Positions 7,994 through 17,494 are shown, numbered from the stretch's first letter. The stretch: 32,000 nucleotides of DNA from Desulfosporosinus sp. BRH_c37 (GCA_001516045.1 LOEW01000166.1:47220-79219); one strand, 5' to 3'. The notes: generated by a model not told the origin, from the letters alone. Translations and numbers: made by a program.

Positions 7994-8194
7994 TTATTTT
8001 TCTTCAAGCTCTTTCTCTACCTGTTTCATCTTACCTTTTACTAATTCCTCAGATATATATGCCTGCCCACAGCTTGGACATCTATGCAGATCGGCGGCAA
8101 ATTTATATCCCTGGTAGCTGACCTCCGTTTTCCTAAGCTCTAATGCGACATTGCATTTATAACAAACAACCTGTTTCTGATCTTCGTCCTGCAT
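7994..8194 (-). CDS. Small zinc-ribbon protein (two CxxC pairs)
   Basis: 66-aa ORF with CYKC...CPSC. It starts 2 nt after the stop of the upstream gene. It possibly corresponds to the small redox protein family found beside Desulfovibrio aldehyde oxidoreductase (from memory, unverified). Confidence 0.6.
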   Translation of the reverse strand: MQDEDQKQVVCYKCNVALELRKTEVSYQGYKFAADLHRCPSCGQAYISEELVKGKMKQVEKELEEK

Positions 8195-8196
8195 GA

Positions 8197-10515
8197 CTAT
8201 GATCCTTTCTCATCAATCTGCATTCTGTGAGCGTACACGTTGAAGACTTCATAAGCATTACCCTTGGGCAGATACTCTGCCCAATAAGTAATAATCCCCA
8301 ACTGCAAGTGCGCGACAAAGTGATTGTTGGCAGTATCAATTATCTTATTACCAGTCTGCTCAGCATAATAAATGACCTCTTTAACCTCGTTAAGCAAGAT
8401 AAGCTCTCTCTCCATTTTTTCCTGGATTGTAGCTGAATAGCTCAACTCAATTTTTTCATACTTTTGCTGGGCTATTTCCATTGTTTCACCCCATATACTT
8501 TCCAAAAGGTACGTCTTCAAAGTGATCCGGTTGTTCCTGCGCTCCGTATAACCAGGTACTTGCTGGTTTGCTTCAGCCTCACTAACTTCACCAAATAGTA
8601 GATCCAGCAAGTACCAGACAGGTTTTCCTTTGGCAGCAAAATCATTCCGACAGTTGATACAGTAAGTTACGTAAGGAAGATGACTTGCGGAAATTCTTTG
8701 GTTTGTAATTTGATTAGCGAGTTCCGGATTAACAGCTTGTATCAGCCCGCCATAACTGCAGCATTGCGCATAAATTCCATGTAATGGCAATTCAGTGATA
8801 TCACAACCCAGTTCCTTTAGTATTTTCCGCACACTCCCTTGACTTTCAGGATCATACCTGCTTGAGCACGGATCATAAACCGCAATTGACAGACCTTTGG
8901 CACTATTGTCTTTACGTGAGAATCCTACTTGCGCTATTAACCCCCATAACGACTGCACGGGAACCTCAGGCAAGTATTCCTTAAACATTTTTATACATGT
9001 TGGACAAGACAAAATAACCTTGGGTCTACCCAAACTTTCCCAATGACCTTGAAATTGCTGTAATTGCTCCTTGTAAACCTCGGTTCTCCCGGACCATTCG
9101 GCTGGTGCGCCGCAACAGCCAAGCATAAGTCCTACCCCACCTGGAAGCATTGTCATAAGATATTTGTAAGCCTTTTCTACATTACCAGGAGAAGATGCGC
9201 TTAACTGGCATCCAGGAAAAAAGAGATAGGAGCAGGCTTGCGCACCTGGCTGCTGCCTAACCAAAAAACTTTGCTCACTGTTGGCAAACATCATATCCCG
9301 CAGGAAGAAATCATGAAAAGCAGCCGGCATATCTCCCTGTTCTACCATAATCTTTCTGGCATCTAAGCATGCTACACCCATATCAAATTTTGTTACACAA
9401 ACCTCTTTGCAAAGCCCACAAACACTGCAAGAGTTAACTAACCGAGACGCAAAACGTGTGCCCATAGTAGGGATTACTGTTAAACTTTTACTAATATTCT
9501 TAACATAACTTTTAGGATATTCAGAATATGACTCAAGAAAACAACATGTTTTTACACATATTTTGCAATCACATTGAAGACAACGGGCCGCTTCTTCTTT
9601 TGCTCCTGCTTCACTATAACCCCGAGCGGAGTCATTAACCGGAACCATAAGCTTTATCTCTTTATCACGTATATCCGTATAAAGCCTAGTCTGATAGCTT
9701 CCTTCTTTTTCCCGCTCGCCGCTTAAAGAGAGTTTTCTAAAATATCTGTCAATAGATTTACCCGCGCGTACCCCCTGAGATACCGAATAAATTGGCGAAT
9801 AATGCTGCTCTGGGACCAGCATACTACCCCCCACAAAAACTCCTTCCATCGAAGTAGCCAAAGAAACCGGATCCACGCCTTTTGATTTTTCTGCCGACTG
9901 CGTAAGGGCGAAACTTTCTCCAATTATACCTGTGCCAACATATACAGCCTCAAAATCCAGTTCAGACAAACTGACAACAGCAGAATTCAGACAAACTCTA
10001 ACTCCCGCACCTTCCAGCTCAGAGAGCTCATTAGTAATGATTTCAGCTGGCAATAGTAACCGATCAAAATCCCATAGTCTGCCACCAAGACGTTCGGTTT
10101 TTTCATACAGAGTCACATCATATCCCTTGCTCACTAATTCTACAGAACAACTCAAACCACTCAAACCGCCACCGATCACAGCAATTCGTTCACTCTTTTT
10201 CACCTTTCCCGACCTATTGTGCCGCTTTACGACAGTATAGTCAACACATGCCTTTTCTATGAGCCTGACTGCAAGGGAATCATCTAACTTTTTACGGATG
10301 CAGACTGCTCTACAAGGTTCATCACATACGCGGCTGATAATCCTGGGAAACTTGACTTGTTTAGCATAACTCTTGAATGCCTTCTCAAAACTACCTTTAT
10401 TAACATAAGACATCAACGCACGAACATTTACATGTACAGGACATTCGGCTGTACAATATGCCGTTTCTTCCTGAATGCACAGTGCTTCCATTTCTCCTAT
10501 TTCGTAAGCATTCAT
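8197..10515 (-). CDS. Pyridine nucleotide-disulfide oxidoreductase fused to ferredoxin-like and CCG (HdrD/GlpC-like) cysteine-rich domains
   Basis: 772-aa ORF. N-terminal Cys cluster (CTAECPVH...CDEPC), dinucleotide fold IAVIGGGLSGLSCSVELVSKGYDVTLYEK, 4Fe-4S motifs CLQCDCKICVKTC and CSVCGLCKEVC, and CCG-type motifs (FFPGCQL, GCCG). Confidence 0.8.
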   Translation of the reverse strand: MNAYEIGEMEALCIQEETAYCTAECPVHVNVRALMSYVNKGSFEKAFKSYAKQVKFPRIISRVCDEPCRAVCIRKKLDDSLAVRLIEKACVDYTVVKRHNRSGKVKKSERIAVIGGGLSGLSCSVELVSKGYDVTLYEKTERLGGRLWDFDRLLLPAEIITNELSELEGAGVRVCLNSAVVSLSELDFEAVYVGTGIIGESFALTQSAEKSKGVDPVSLATSMEGVFVGGSMLVPEQHYSPIYSVSQGVRAGKSIDRYFRKLSLSGEREKEGSYQTRLYTDIRDKEIKLMVPVNDSARGYSEAGAKEEAARCLQCDCKICVKTCCFLESYSEYPKSYVKNISKSLTVIPTMGTRFASRLVNSCSVCGLCKEVCVTKFDMGVACLDARKIMVEQGDMPAAFHDFFLRDMMFANSEQSFLVRQQPGAQACSYLFFPGCQLSASSPGNVEKAYKYLMTMLPGGVGLMLGCCGAPAEWSGRTEVYKEQLQQFQGHWESLGRPKVILSCPTCIKMFKEYLPEVPVQSLWGLIAQVGFSRKDNSAKGLSIAVYDPCSSRYDPESQGSVRKILKELGCDITELPLHGIYAQCCSYGGLIQAVNPELANQITNQRISASHLPYVTYCINCRNDFAAKGKPVWYLLDLLFGEVSEAEANQQVPGYTERRNNRITLKTYLLESIWGETMEIAQQKYEKIELSYSATIQEKMERELILLNEVKEVIYYAEQTGNKIIDTANNHFVAHLQLGIITYWAEYLPKGNAYEVFNVYAHRMQIDEKGS

Positions 10516-10531
10516 GACTTTACCCCTATAC

Positions 10532-13417
10532 TTAATTACTCAAATTATTTTTGGTAGAAGCAATATACTTCAGCTTCATTTCCGCAAGTCTTTCGCGGAA
10601 ATCCGGTCCTAAATCGTACTTAGCCTGCTCTGTGACTTTACCAGATTCGATAGCTTTTAGTCCTGCAATTACTTTTTCCGGGTAAGCCGGCAATTCATGA
10701 ATCCTTACACCGCAAGCATTATAAATGGCGTTTAATATCGCTGCGTGCGGCGCTGTAAGCGGCAATTCGCCGCAACCAACAGATCCAAATGGTCCGGGGG
10801 TTCTATATGTTTCTAAATATTCAACATCTAGGTCGTCGGGAATATCTTCAATAGCTGGAATCCCTAATCCGATGATATTACTCTTTTTAAGATCTTGGTA
10901 ATCTTCAGAAAGAGCCAATCCAACACCTTGCGCCATACCGCCGTACATCTGTCCATCAACCGCCAGCTTATTGCCAATGACACCCACATCGGCATGTATG
11001 GTGGATTTTAAGACTTTCGTTTTGCCAGACTTAGTATCAACTTCTACTTCCGCCATGAAGACCCCATACATGTATTCAAGATTAGGATCTCCTTGACCGG
11101 TAAAAGGATTTAGTGCCGAGGTTAACCCAATGGTGCTATAGGTACCGGTATACCGGGTAGGGATACCCTCAGCAACCATCTCAGCATGAGTACGGTAAGT
11201 TCCGTCAGGTTTACGCATGGCGTTCATCAATTTATTAGCAGCATCAATGGTGGCGTTACCATTCATAAAATGTGAGCGGCTACCAGCTGCCGGACCTGCG
11301 GTTGGCGCTAGGGCTGTATCATTCATATTGAGAATAATCTGCTTCGGATTGAGTCCTAACGGCTTTAATGCTTCATGAGTTAAAACTAATGCACCGACAT
11401 CTGCTCCTTGCCCCTGATCCTCCCAGCCATTCCAGCTTGTCACTGAACCATCTGCATTTAATTCAAGATCCATATTGCTAGTATCATTTTCACCACCGCA
11501 TACATTGTAAACACCAACGGCAATCCCGACACCTCTGCGTTTTTCAGGAGTAGACTCCTGTTTTGACCGTTCTAATGCTTGCTTATACTTTGGACGCAGC
11601 ATATCCAACAACTGCGGCAAGGGATGTACGGAAAGCTCGGTGCCGTTTGGAGTAGTCGAACCCGGTCGGTAAACATTAATGTAACGAAATTCCAGAGGAT
11701 CCATACCAATTTTTTCAGCTAACATATCTATTAATTGCTCTGATGCCGCATAAGCCTGAGGTGAACCAAAGGCGCGGAAAGCTGTCCCAAAAGAATGATT
11801 GGTAAATACGACTTTTGTCAACCCAAGAATGTTGGGAATGTGATAGCCAGCACCTATATAGCGGCTGATTTTAGTAGCCACAAGTTCGGCTTTTTCCGAA
11901 TAGGCCCCATGGTCTAATACTGCGTCAAATTCCAGACCTATTAGCTTTCCGTCTTGATCAGCGGCCATTTTAATATTGCTGTAACTTGGCGCACGTTTTC
12001 CGGTAAAATGCGTATGTTCGTCATATTGCAATTCTAAACATACTGGTTTCCCTGTAGCCATAGCCGCTACAATCATTAACGCAGCTGCTTGCGGAGTTAA
12101 GGCAGAACCAAAGCTCGCTCCTGTTGGGTTTTCAACAACCCTTATCTTTTCCGGCGGAAGTCCGACACCAGCAGCTGCCCAAAAAATTACCGCCTGAAGT
12201 GCCAGAGTTTTGCAATGTACAGTTAAACGACCTTCTTCATCCATATACGCCATGCCGCATTCAGGTTCGAGGACACCATGCGGCTGACGCTGCGTATAGA
12301 AACTACCTTCTACTACATAAGGCGCAGAGGCAAATATCCTTTCTGTTTCTTCCCCTTTGATACAAGGTGCTTCTACATAGATGTTCGGCGTTCCTGGATG
12401 GATTTCAATCGCATCGTCGTCAAGTACATCCAAGGCATCCATATATTCTGGCAGTAGCTCCAATTCCACTTTGACTTTTTCCGCAGCAGCCAAGGCATTC
12501 TTACGCGTGTCAGCGGCAACTATAGCCAAAGTATCGCCATACATATGCACTTTTACATCATTAAGAATAGGACGGTCCCAAGAATTACATTTATTATACG
12601 GTCCAGCTACCGGACTGAAAATACGGTTTTTGCCTTGAACATCCTGATGAGTGATTACTTTAAATACTCCAGGCATCTTCTCTGCTTCTGAAGTATCAAT
12701 TGATAAAATTTTAGCATGGGATACTTTAGGGTGAACTAAAGCTAGGTGAAGCGCACCGGCAGGCATTTTCAAATTCATGTCAGCGCCAAAATCACTGGTG
12801 CCGGTTACTTTAGCAACTGCCGCGGGTCTTGGATAGTAAGTGTTATAAATCCTACCATTCTCAGGAATTTTGAAGACAAATTCTTCCATTTTCATTTCGC
12901 CACGCATTACTTGTGCTGCTGCCATTACTGCATCAACAAGCGGCTTATAACCTGTGCAACGACATATATTTCGATGTTTTTGAAACCAACTACGAACTTC
13001 CTGACGCGTAGGATTACTATTTGTATCTAGTAACCCCTTGGCCGATACGATAAATCCAGGTGAACAGAATCCGCATTGTACTCCGCCATATGCGATCCAG
13101 GCCATTTGAATCGGGTGCAAGTTAGTAGGAGTTCCGATTCCCTCTATCGTAATAATTTCAGAAAATTCTTTTAAGGATTTCATTCTTCGAGTGCAAGACC
13201 TAATTACCTTACCGTCCAGCAAAATTGAGCAAGCCCCGCACTGCCCAGCATCACAACCGATTTTTGTTCCGGTTAATCCCATTTGTCGTAAGACGTTCGC
13301 CAGATTATCATCTGGTTCGTACACTACCATTCGATCTGCCCCGTTGATGTTAAGAAACATTTTACTAATTGTCATACTATACTCCTCCAATAATACTTCA
13401 ATCTTCTCTTTATCCAT
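10532..13417 (-). CDS. Molybdopterin-dependent aldehyde oxidoreductase (Mop/xanthine oxidase family, single polypeptide with two [2Fe-2S] domains)
   Basis: 961-aa ORF. GCDAGQCGACS and CGFCSPGF [2Fe-2S] motifs are followed by a large MoCo domain. There are two in-frame ATGs (13417 and 13375), each preceded by GGAGGAG plus 6 nt. The D. gigas MOP N-terminus aligns better with the 13375 start (MTISKMFLNING). Confidence 0.85.
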   Translation of the reverse strand: MDKEKIEVLLEEYSMTISKMFLNINGADRMVVYEPDDNLANVLRQMGLTGTKIGCDAGQCGACSILLDGKVIRSCTRRMKSLKEFSEIITIEGIGTPTNLHPIQMAWIAYGGVQCGFCSPGFIVSAKGLLDTNSNPTRQEVRSWFQKHRNICRCTGYKPLVDAVMAAAQVMRGEMKMEEFVFKIPENGRIYNTYYPRPAAVAKVTGTSDFGADMNLKMPAGALHLALVHPKVSHAKILSIDTSEAEKMPGVFKVITHQDVQGKNRIFSPVAGPYNKCNSWDRPILNDVKVHMYGDTLAIVAADTRKNALAAAEKVKVELELLPEYMDALDVLDDDAIEIHPGTPNIYVEAPCIKGEETERIFASAPYVVEGSFYTQRQPHGVLEPECGMAYMDEEGRLTVHCKTLALQAVIFWAAAGVGLPPEKIRVVENPTGASFGSALTPQAAALMIVAAMATGKPVCLELQYDEHTHFTGKRAPSYSNIKMAADQDGKLIGLEFDAVLDHGAYSEKAELVATKISRYIGAGYHIPNILGLTKVVFTNHSFGTAFRAFGSPQAYAASEQLIDMLAEKIGMDPLEFRYINVYRPGSTTPNGTELSVHPLPQLLDMLRPKYKQALERSKQESTPEKRRGVGIAVGVYNVCGGENDTSNMDLELNADGSVTSWNGWEDQGQGADVGALVLTHEALKPLGLNPKQIILNMNDTALAPTAGPAAGSRSHFMNGNATIDAANKLMNAMRKPDGTYRTHAEMVAEGIPTRYTGTYSTIGLTSALNPFTGQGDPNLEYMYGVFMAEVEVDTKSGKTKVLKSTIHADVGVIGNKLAVDGQMYGGMAQGVGLALSEDYQDLKKSNIIGLGIPAIEDIPDDLDVEYLETYRTPGPFGSVGCGELPLTAPHAAILNAIYNACGVRIHELPAYPEKVIAGLKAIESGKVTEQAKYDLGPDFRERLAEMKLKYIASTKNNLSN

Positions 13418-13837
13418 CTTGATCTCCTCCGAAAGTTAGAGATATCGGTTGACAAAGGTATGTCTGAATTCAGTGTAATATGTTTTATTGAACTACTCCA
13501 ATCTCATTAATTCTTAGTCTTACATCCAATCAAATAGTATGCAAAGATTATGCCAGGTTAATCCATTACTTTGAGCCCTTACAAAGACTTGATATTAAGC
13601 CTATATCACTACTTACTTAATGAGTAAATGCTTTTCTGATGCAAAATATCATTGCAATAATGCGAATAGGCATTTTTTGCGGTTTGAATAAGTATAGTTA
13701 AGTTAGTTTAGATTAGATATATATTTGTTTAGTATGCAAAAGTTGTTGATCTGACTGAGATTATCATAAGTTGAAAATTGAACTCAGTAAATCCTCAGTG
13801 TGACGTTAATGAGGAGAAGTTGACAACGAAATTTAAG

Positions 13838-13883
13838 CCAAAAACATAAGGGCTTCACATCTTTAAAAACGCGAAGCCCTTAT
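13838..13883 (-). terminator. Rho-independent terminator downstream of the HEPN gene
   Basis: 11-bp perfect stem ATAAGGGCTTC (13846-13856) / GAAGCCCTTAT (13873-13883). On the minus strand it is followed by GTTTTTGG. Confidence 0.7.
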
Positions 13884-13914
13884 ATCGGCGGAATTGACTA
13901 GTAATAATAAGGAA

Positions 13915-14430
13915 TCAATGTGCTATGGAATCACTTAATTTCTCAATAAAATGCATAAACTCAGATATCCTTTCGTCTAGGACCTTAGTCATTGAATCTA
14001 TCCCCTTCGCTAAGGGCTCCATCTTACGCCAGCGAAGCTCCGAACCGTAGGAATGCCTGAACATATGGCGAAAACGTCGGTATTCATCTAATTCCTCTGC
14101 TAAATCACGTGAGATAATACTCGGTCGTATATCCGGAATCTCTATTGTCATGGAGCGTAATACCTCCCGATGATAGTCTCCACCCGATGTTAATCCTCCA
14201 TCGAAAGCTCTAGAAATACGCTCAAAAACAGATTCTATACCTGTATAAAAATGATGTAAATACCCAGCACAGGCCATCAAATCAGACCCTCGTACCATCC
14301 CTTTCTCATTTTCTAAGACCTGAGTAATTCCTTTAATGTCATCAGTAATTTTTCGTATTGAATTCAAATCATCTTTAATGTCCACAATAAGCCTTTTATA
14401 CTGAACTCGTTTCTTCTCTTTACCCGTCAT
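13915..14430 (-). CDS. HEPN-domain RNase toxin (HepT-like)
   Basis: 171-aa ORF with the Rx4HxY motif in RFRHMFRHSYG (R-HMFR-H-S-Y). The ATG overlaps the stop of the upstream MNT gene (ATGA at 14427-14430). Confidence 0.75.
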   Translation of the reverse strand: MTGKEKKRVQYKRLIVDIKDDLNSIRKITDDIKGITQVLENEKGMVRGSDLMACAGYLHHFYTGIESVFERISRAFDGGLTSGGDYHREVLRSMTIEIPDIRPSIISRDLAEELDEYRRFRHMFRHSYGSELRWRKMEPLAKGIDSMTKVLDERISEFMHFIEKLSDSIAH

Positions 14431-14777
14431 ATCCTCACCCCATCCCTAGCAATACGCTCTTTCATAGATTGTTGAGCAAATTCAAATTGTATGAAATCTA
14501 GAGGAAATGGTTCAGCAATATCTTCGGCAATCCGATATGCCTTAAAGAAATCCTCCTCCGCCAATTGTTTCACCGCAATATCAATATCGGAATCTATGTC
14601 AAATAAATCTGTGGTCAGTGAACCGATAAGATATACTTCTACATCGGGAAATTCTTCTCGAAGAGCCTTGGCGATTTTTTCCGCTATCTCATGTGCTTTC
14701 TTATAGTAAGTTAAGCGTCTTTGTTCCTGAACTTCAATTCTCGATTTATTCCCTACAACGTATGGAGTTATGTCCAT
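14427..14777 (-). CDS. Minimal nucleotidyltransferase (MNT) antitoxin
   Basis: 116-aa ORF with GGAGG 7 nt upstream. Pol-beta-type NTase motif IGSLTTDLFDIDSDIDIAV. Confidence 0.8.
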   Translation of the reverse strand: MDITPYVVGNKSRIEVQEQRRLTYYKKAHEIAEKIAKALREEFPDVEVYLIGSLTTDLFDIDSDIDIAVKQLAEEDFFKAYRIAEDIAEPFPLDFIQFEFAQQSMKERIARDGVRI

Positions 14778-15215
14778 AGCCTATGCCTCCATTACAATAT
14801 TTCCTTTATATACCATATCATAAGTAAGGCAAACGAACAATAGGCGCATAATCAAGTAACCTATGGAATTACAAACCCTTAAATTTCCGAGACCCATTAG
14901 GCGAGATCCTAGCCGTAAAAGAAGCATCGGTAGAATAGCTTTCTTACAAAGCAATGCAAACTGAGACCAACACTTTCGAATTTCTCCCCATATTCCGTCA
15001 ATTAAGTCGCTTAATTCAATTGTCGTTGTCTACATTATTTATTGAAGGATTTCTTCCTGAAAAGCATTCTATAGGAAAAATATATTGCAATTATTAAAAG
15101 AAATATTAATCCCAAGAGCAGTCCCAACTGCGTTATCAATTCGTTTATTGTCTCCCATGCATCACCAAACCAGTATCCAATACCGATGTTGCGCGGTAAA
15201 TGATATGCTGAATTT

Positions 15216-15248
15216 AAAATCCCACGGATTCCTGATCCGTGGGATTTT
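15216..15248. terminator. Symmetric (bidirectional) terminator hairpin
   Basis: AAAATCCCACGGAT (15216-15229), loop TCCTG, ATCCGTGGGATTTT (15235-15248). The A/T runs are symmetric. It lies about 110 nt downstream of the flavodoxin remnant on the minus strand. Confidence 0.7.
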
Positions 15249-15359
15249 AAGTCGAGTACTAAATAGACTGTTCACTTGAAGAGTTCAACTGTCTTTCTAG
15301 CTTATCCTTTCCCCAAATATTCTTGCTCTTTCTTTTTGACCTTCATCCCCCTCTTGAAT

Positions 15360-15782
15360 TCACACAGGACCATAGTGAATAAATAGCTTTCCCTCAGCAC
15401 CCCCTGACGAATAGACAACCATCCCTTTTACCAACAACTGAGCAATCAATGCTACCTCTGCTACCTCTGCTCCACCACCTACATAATTCGCTGTAGCAAA
15501 AACGGCCCCTAGCTTTCCACCAAACTTAATATTTCTCGTCATATCCAACCATTGTTATATTTACCATGAAAAGGTATCCAAAATAGTTGGGGAGGCAAAA
15601 ATAACTGTTTTGGCCTTCATTAAAAATTCATTATCTGCTTCTTCAATAGACATACATTTTACTTCTACCTTTTCAATTATCTTAGCACCTTCTGCAATGA
15701 GTTCTGCAACCTTTTTGGTATTTCCAGTTTTGCTAAAATAAACGACAGCGATTTTAATAAAACTCTCCTCCTTAAAATACAT
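15360..15782 (-). pseudogene. Flavodoxin-family gene interrupted by two in-frame TAA codons
   Basis: ORFs 15561-15851 and 15360-15548 are in the same frame: ...IKIAVVYFSKTGNTKK...FASPTILDTFSW-TAA-I-TAA-QWLDMTRNIKFGGKLGAVFATANYVGGG... The stops are at 15561-15563 and 15555-15557. A perfect SD (AAGGAGGAG, 15765-15773) sits 6 nt before an ATT codon (15756-15758) at the position where homologues start MKIAVVY. Confidence 0.65.
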
Positions 15783-15923
15783 TATTTCAACTACTCTGCC
15801 CGAAGAATAACCCTGAGTAGCACCATATTTCAAAAATAAGTATTTTCCCATATCTTTGCCGATAAGAAAGTAGAGAACAATTGAAAAAAGGTGAGCCTGT
15901 GATAAAAATTGCGATCGTAGCGA

Positions 15924-16433
15924 TTAGCTATCGGAAAAATCTTCTTCATAATTAAACCCATTATGGCTCTTAATAACCCTTAATTCTAACTCAAAATGTT
16001 GACCGAACTTTTCTGTGTTATCCGTAAATTTCAAATAATGAGGTACTAGACAGTGCCAGCGAACATTGGAAACTCCCTTAAAAGCGCCCGGAGTCTGTAA
16101 AATGTGCCGGGCAGTAGAATACTTTTTACAATATGAAGCTAAGAGTACTGCGACCTCCTTTAAGTTAGTAATTAAGTAGACATTCCCTTGCAATTGAATA
16201 CCTTGTATTTCCTTCCAATCCCCATAGTCTTCGGTGATAACCGCTGCAGATAGAGACTTTTTCTGCAAGTTAGAGCTGTGTTTAGAAGTAAGTTCTGATA
16301 AAAAATATATACGAAATCCGCGATTAATAAAGAAAACGGGGGTGGCCCACGGTCCGTTTTCTCCATAAGTAGAAAGGATCATTGTGTTATGTTTGCCTAG
16401 GTAATTAAGCAACTTTTGGGCCTTTTCGCTCAT
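15924..16433 (-). CDS. Pyridoxamine 5'-phosphate oxidase family (FMN-binding split-barrel) protein
   Basis: NTMILSTYGENGPWATPVFFINRGFRIYFLS is typical of PNPOx-like proteins. The likely start is MSEKAQ at 16431-16433, which forms an ATGA overlap with the fni stop. The ORF track extends to 16460. Confidence 0.7.
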   Translation of the reverse strand: MSEKAQKLLNYLGKHNTMILSTYGENGPWATPVFFINRGFRIYFLSELTSKHSSNLQKKSLSAAVITEDYGDWKEIQGIQLQGNVYLITNLKEVAVLLASYCKKYSTARHILQTPGAFKGVSNVRWHCLVPHYLKFTDNTEKFGQHFELELRVIKSHNGFNYEEDFSDS

Positions 16434-17494
16434 ATATCTATACCCCTCCAGTTCAGCCATTCTGCAGTACTTCCTGTAATAATCACAGGTTTCCCAGCCA
16501 ATTCCTTCAAATTTGAAGCCCCAACCATTAACATTGTTCGTCTTAAATTATCTATGATTCTATCAACCCGCTCGTTAAGTCCATACTCAGCACCCTGAAA
16601 TAGAACCTGCAAGAAATGCCCTGCAATCCCTACTAATTCAGCCCCTAAAGCAAGTGCACTTGCTACATCACTCCCACCCCTAAAACCACCGGAGGCTATA
16701 ATACCAAGCGGTAAATTTAAGCTATGAGCTCCAATAAGGCTTGCAGCAGTGGATATACCGATATTCTGGTAGTTCCCTAGGTAGTCCTGACCTGAGCGCA
16801 TACATTCAATCTTAATAAAATCAATTCCCCCCTTTCCGGCAACATCTATGTAATGCACTCCAGCATCATAGATTTTTTTAATAGTCTCACGAGACAAACC
16901 AAAACCAACCTCTTTAACGATAACCGGTACATTTGAAAACGATACTATCCTTTCGATATTAGCCAATGTACCCTTAAAGTTCCTGTCACCCTCAGTCATA
17001 GCAAGTTCTTGAGCCACATTTAAATGCAATTGAACCCCGTCCGCACCAATCATTTCGATAGCTTTTTTTACCATTACCGACGGAGTAAGCGCACTGACAT
17101 TAGCCAATAAAACTCCATTCGGATTCTCATCGCGGGCAACTTTATACGTATCTTGCACATCCGGGTCTTCCAGCCCAGCTATCTGAGAGCCAACAGCCAT
17201 TGCAATGCCTGCCCGAGCAGCCACTTTTGCTAAACTTCGGTTTATGTATTTCACCTCGGGATGACCCCCTGTCATGGCATTTATTAATAGTGGAGCATTT
17301 AGCCTCTTGCCCAAAAAGCAAAGGGTAGTGTCAATCTCATCCAGATTTAGTTCCGGCAAGGCCTCATAAAGCAAATGAACATCGGAAAAACCGTTACTTC
17401 CATTTGATTCTGCGGCGGCCTTCAAAGCAAACTCAATATGTTCCTTTTTCCGATTTTGCCTGACTATCTTACTCTTTTTATCATCGTTATACAT
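16430..17494 (-). CDS. fni: Type 2 (FMN-dependent) isopentenyl-diphosphate delta-isomerase
   Basis: 354-aa ORF. KKEHIEFAL, PLLINAMTGG, GIAMAVGSQ and a glycine-rich C-terminal TIM-barrel segment are typical of IDI-2. Confidence 0.85.
   Translation of the reverse strand: MYNDDKKSKIVRQNRKKEHIEFALKAAAESNGSNGFSDVHLLYEALPELNLDEIDTTLCFLGKRLNAPLLINAMTGGHPEVKYINRSLAKVAARAGIAMAVGSQIAGLEDPDVQDTYKVARDENPNGVLLANVSALTPSVMVKKAIEMIGADGVQLHLNVAQELAMTEGDRNFKGTLANIERIVSFSNVPVIVKEVGFGLSRETIKKIYDAGVHYIDVAGKGGIDFIKIECMRSGQDYLGNYQNIGISTAASLIGAHSLNLPLGIIASGGFRGGSDVASALALGAELVGIAGHFLQVLFQGAEYGLNERVDRIIDNLRRTMLMVGASNLKELAGKPVIITGSTAEWLNWRGIDI

Noticed and set aside
14778-15359. ORF 15085-15279 (+), and minus-strand frames with a TM-like peptide (IGIGYWFGDAWETINELITQLGLLLGLIFLLIIAIYFS) and another open stretch (DLIDGIWGEIRKCW...)
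   Set aside because: No frame has a usable start codon with an SD. One frame runs through the terminator hairpin. These are probably gene remnants, but I cannot identify them.
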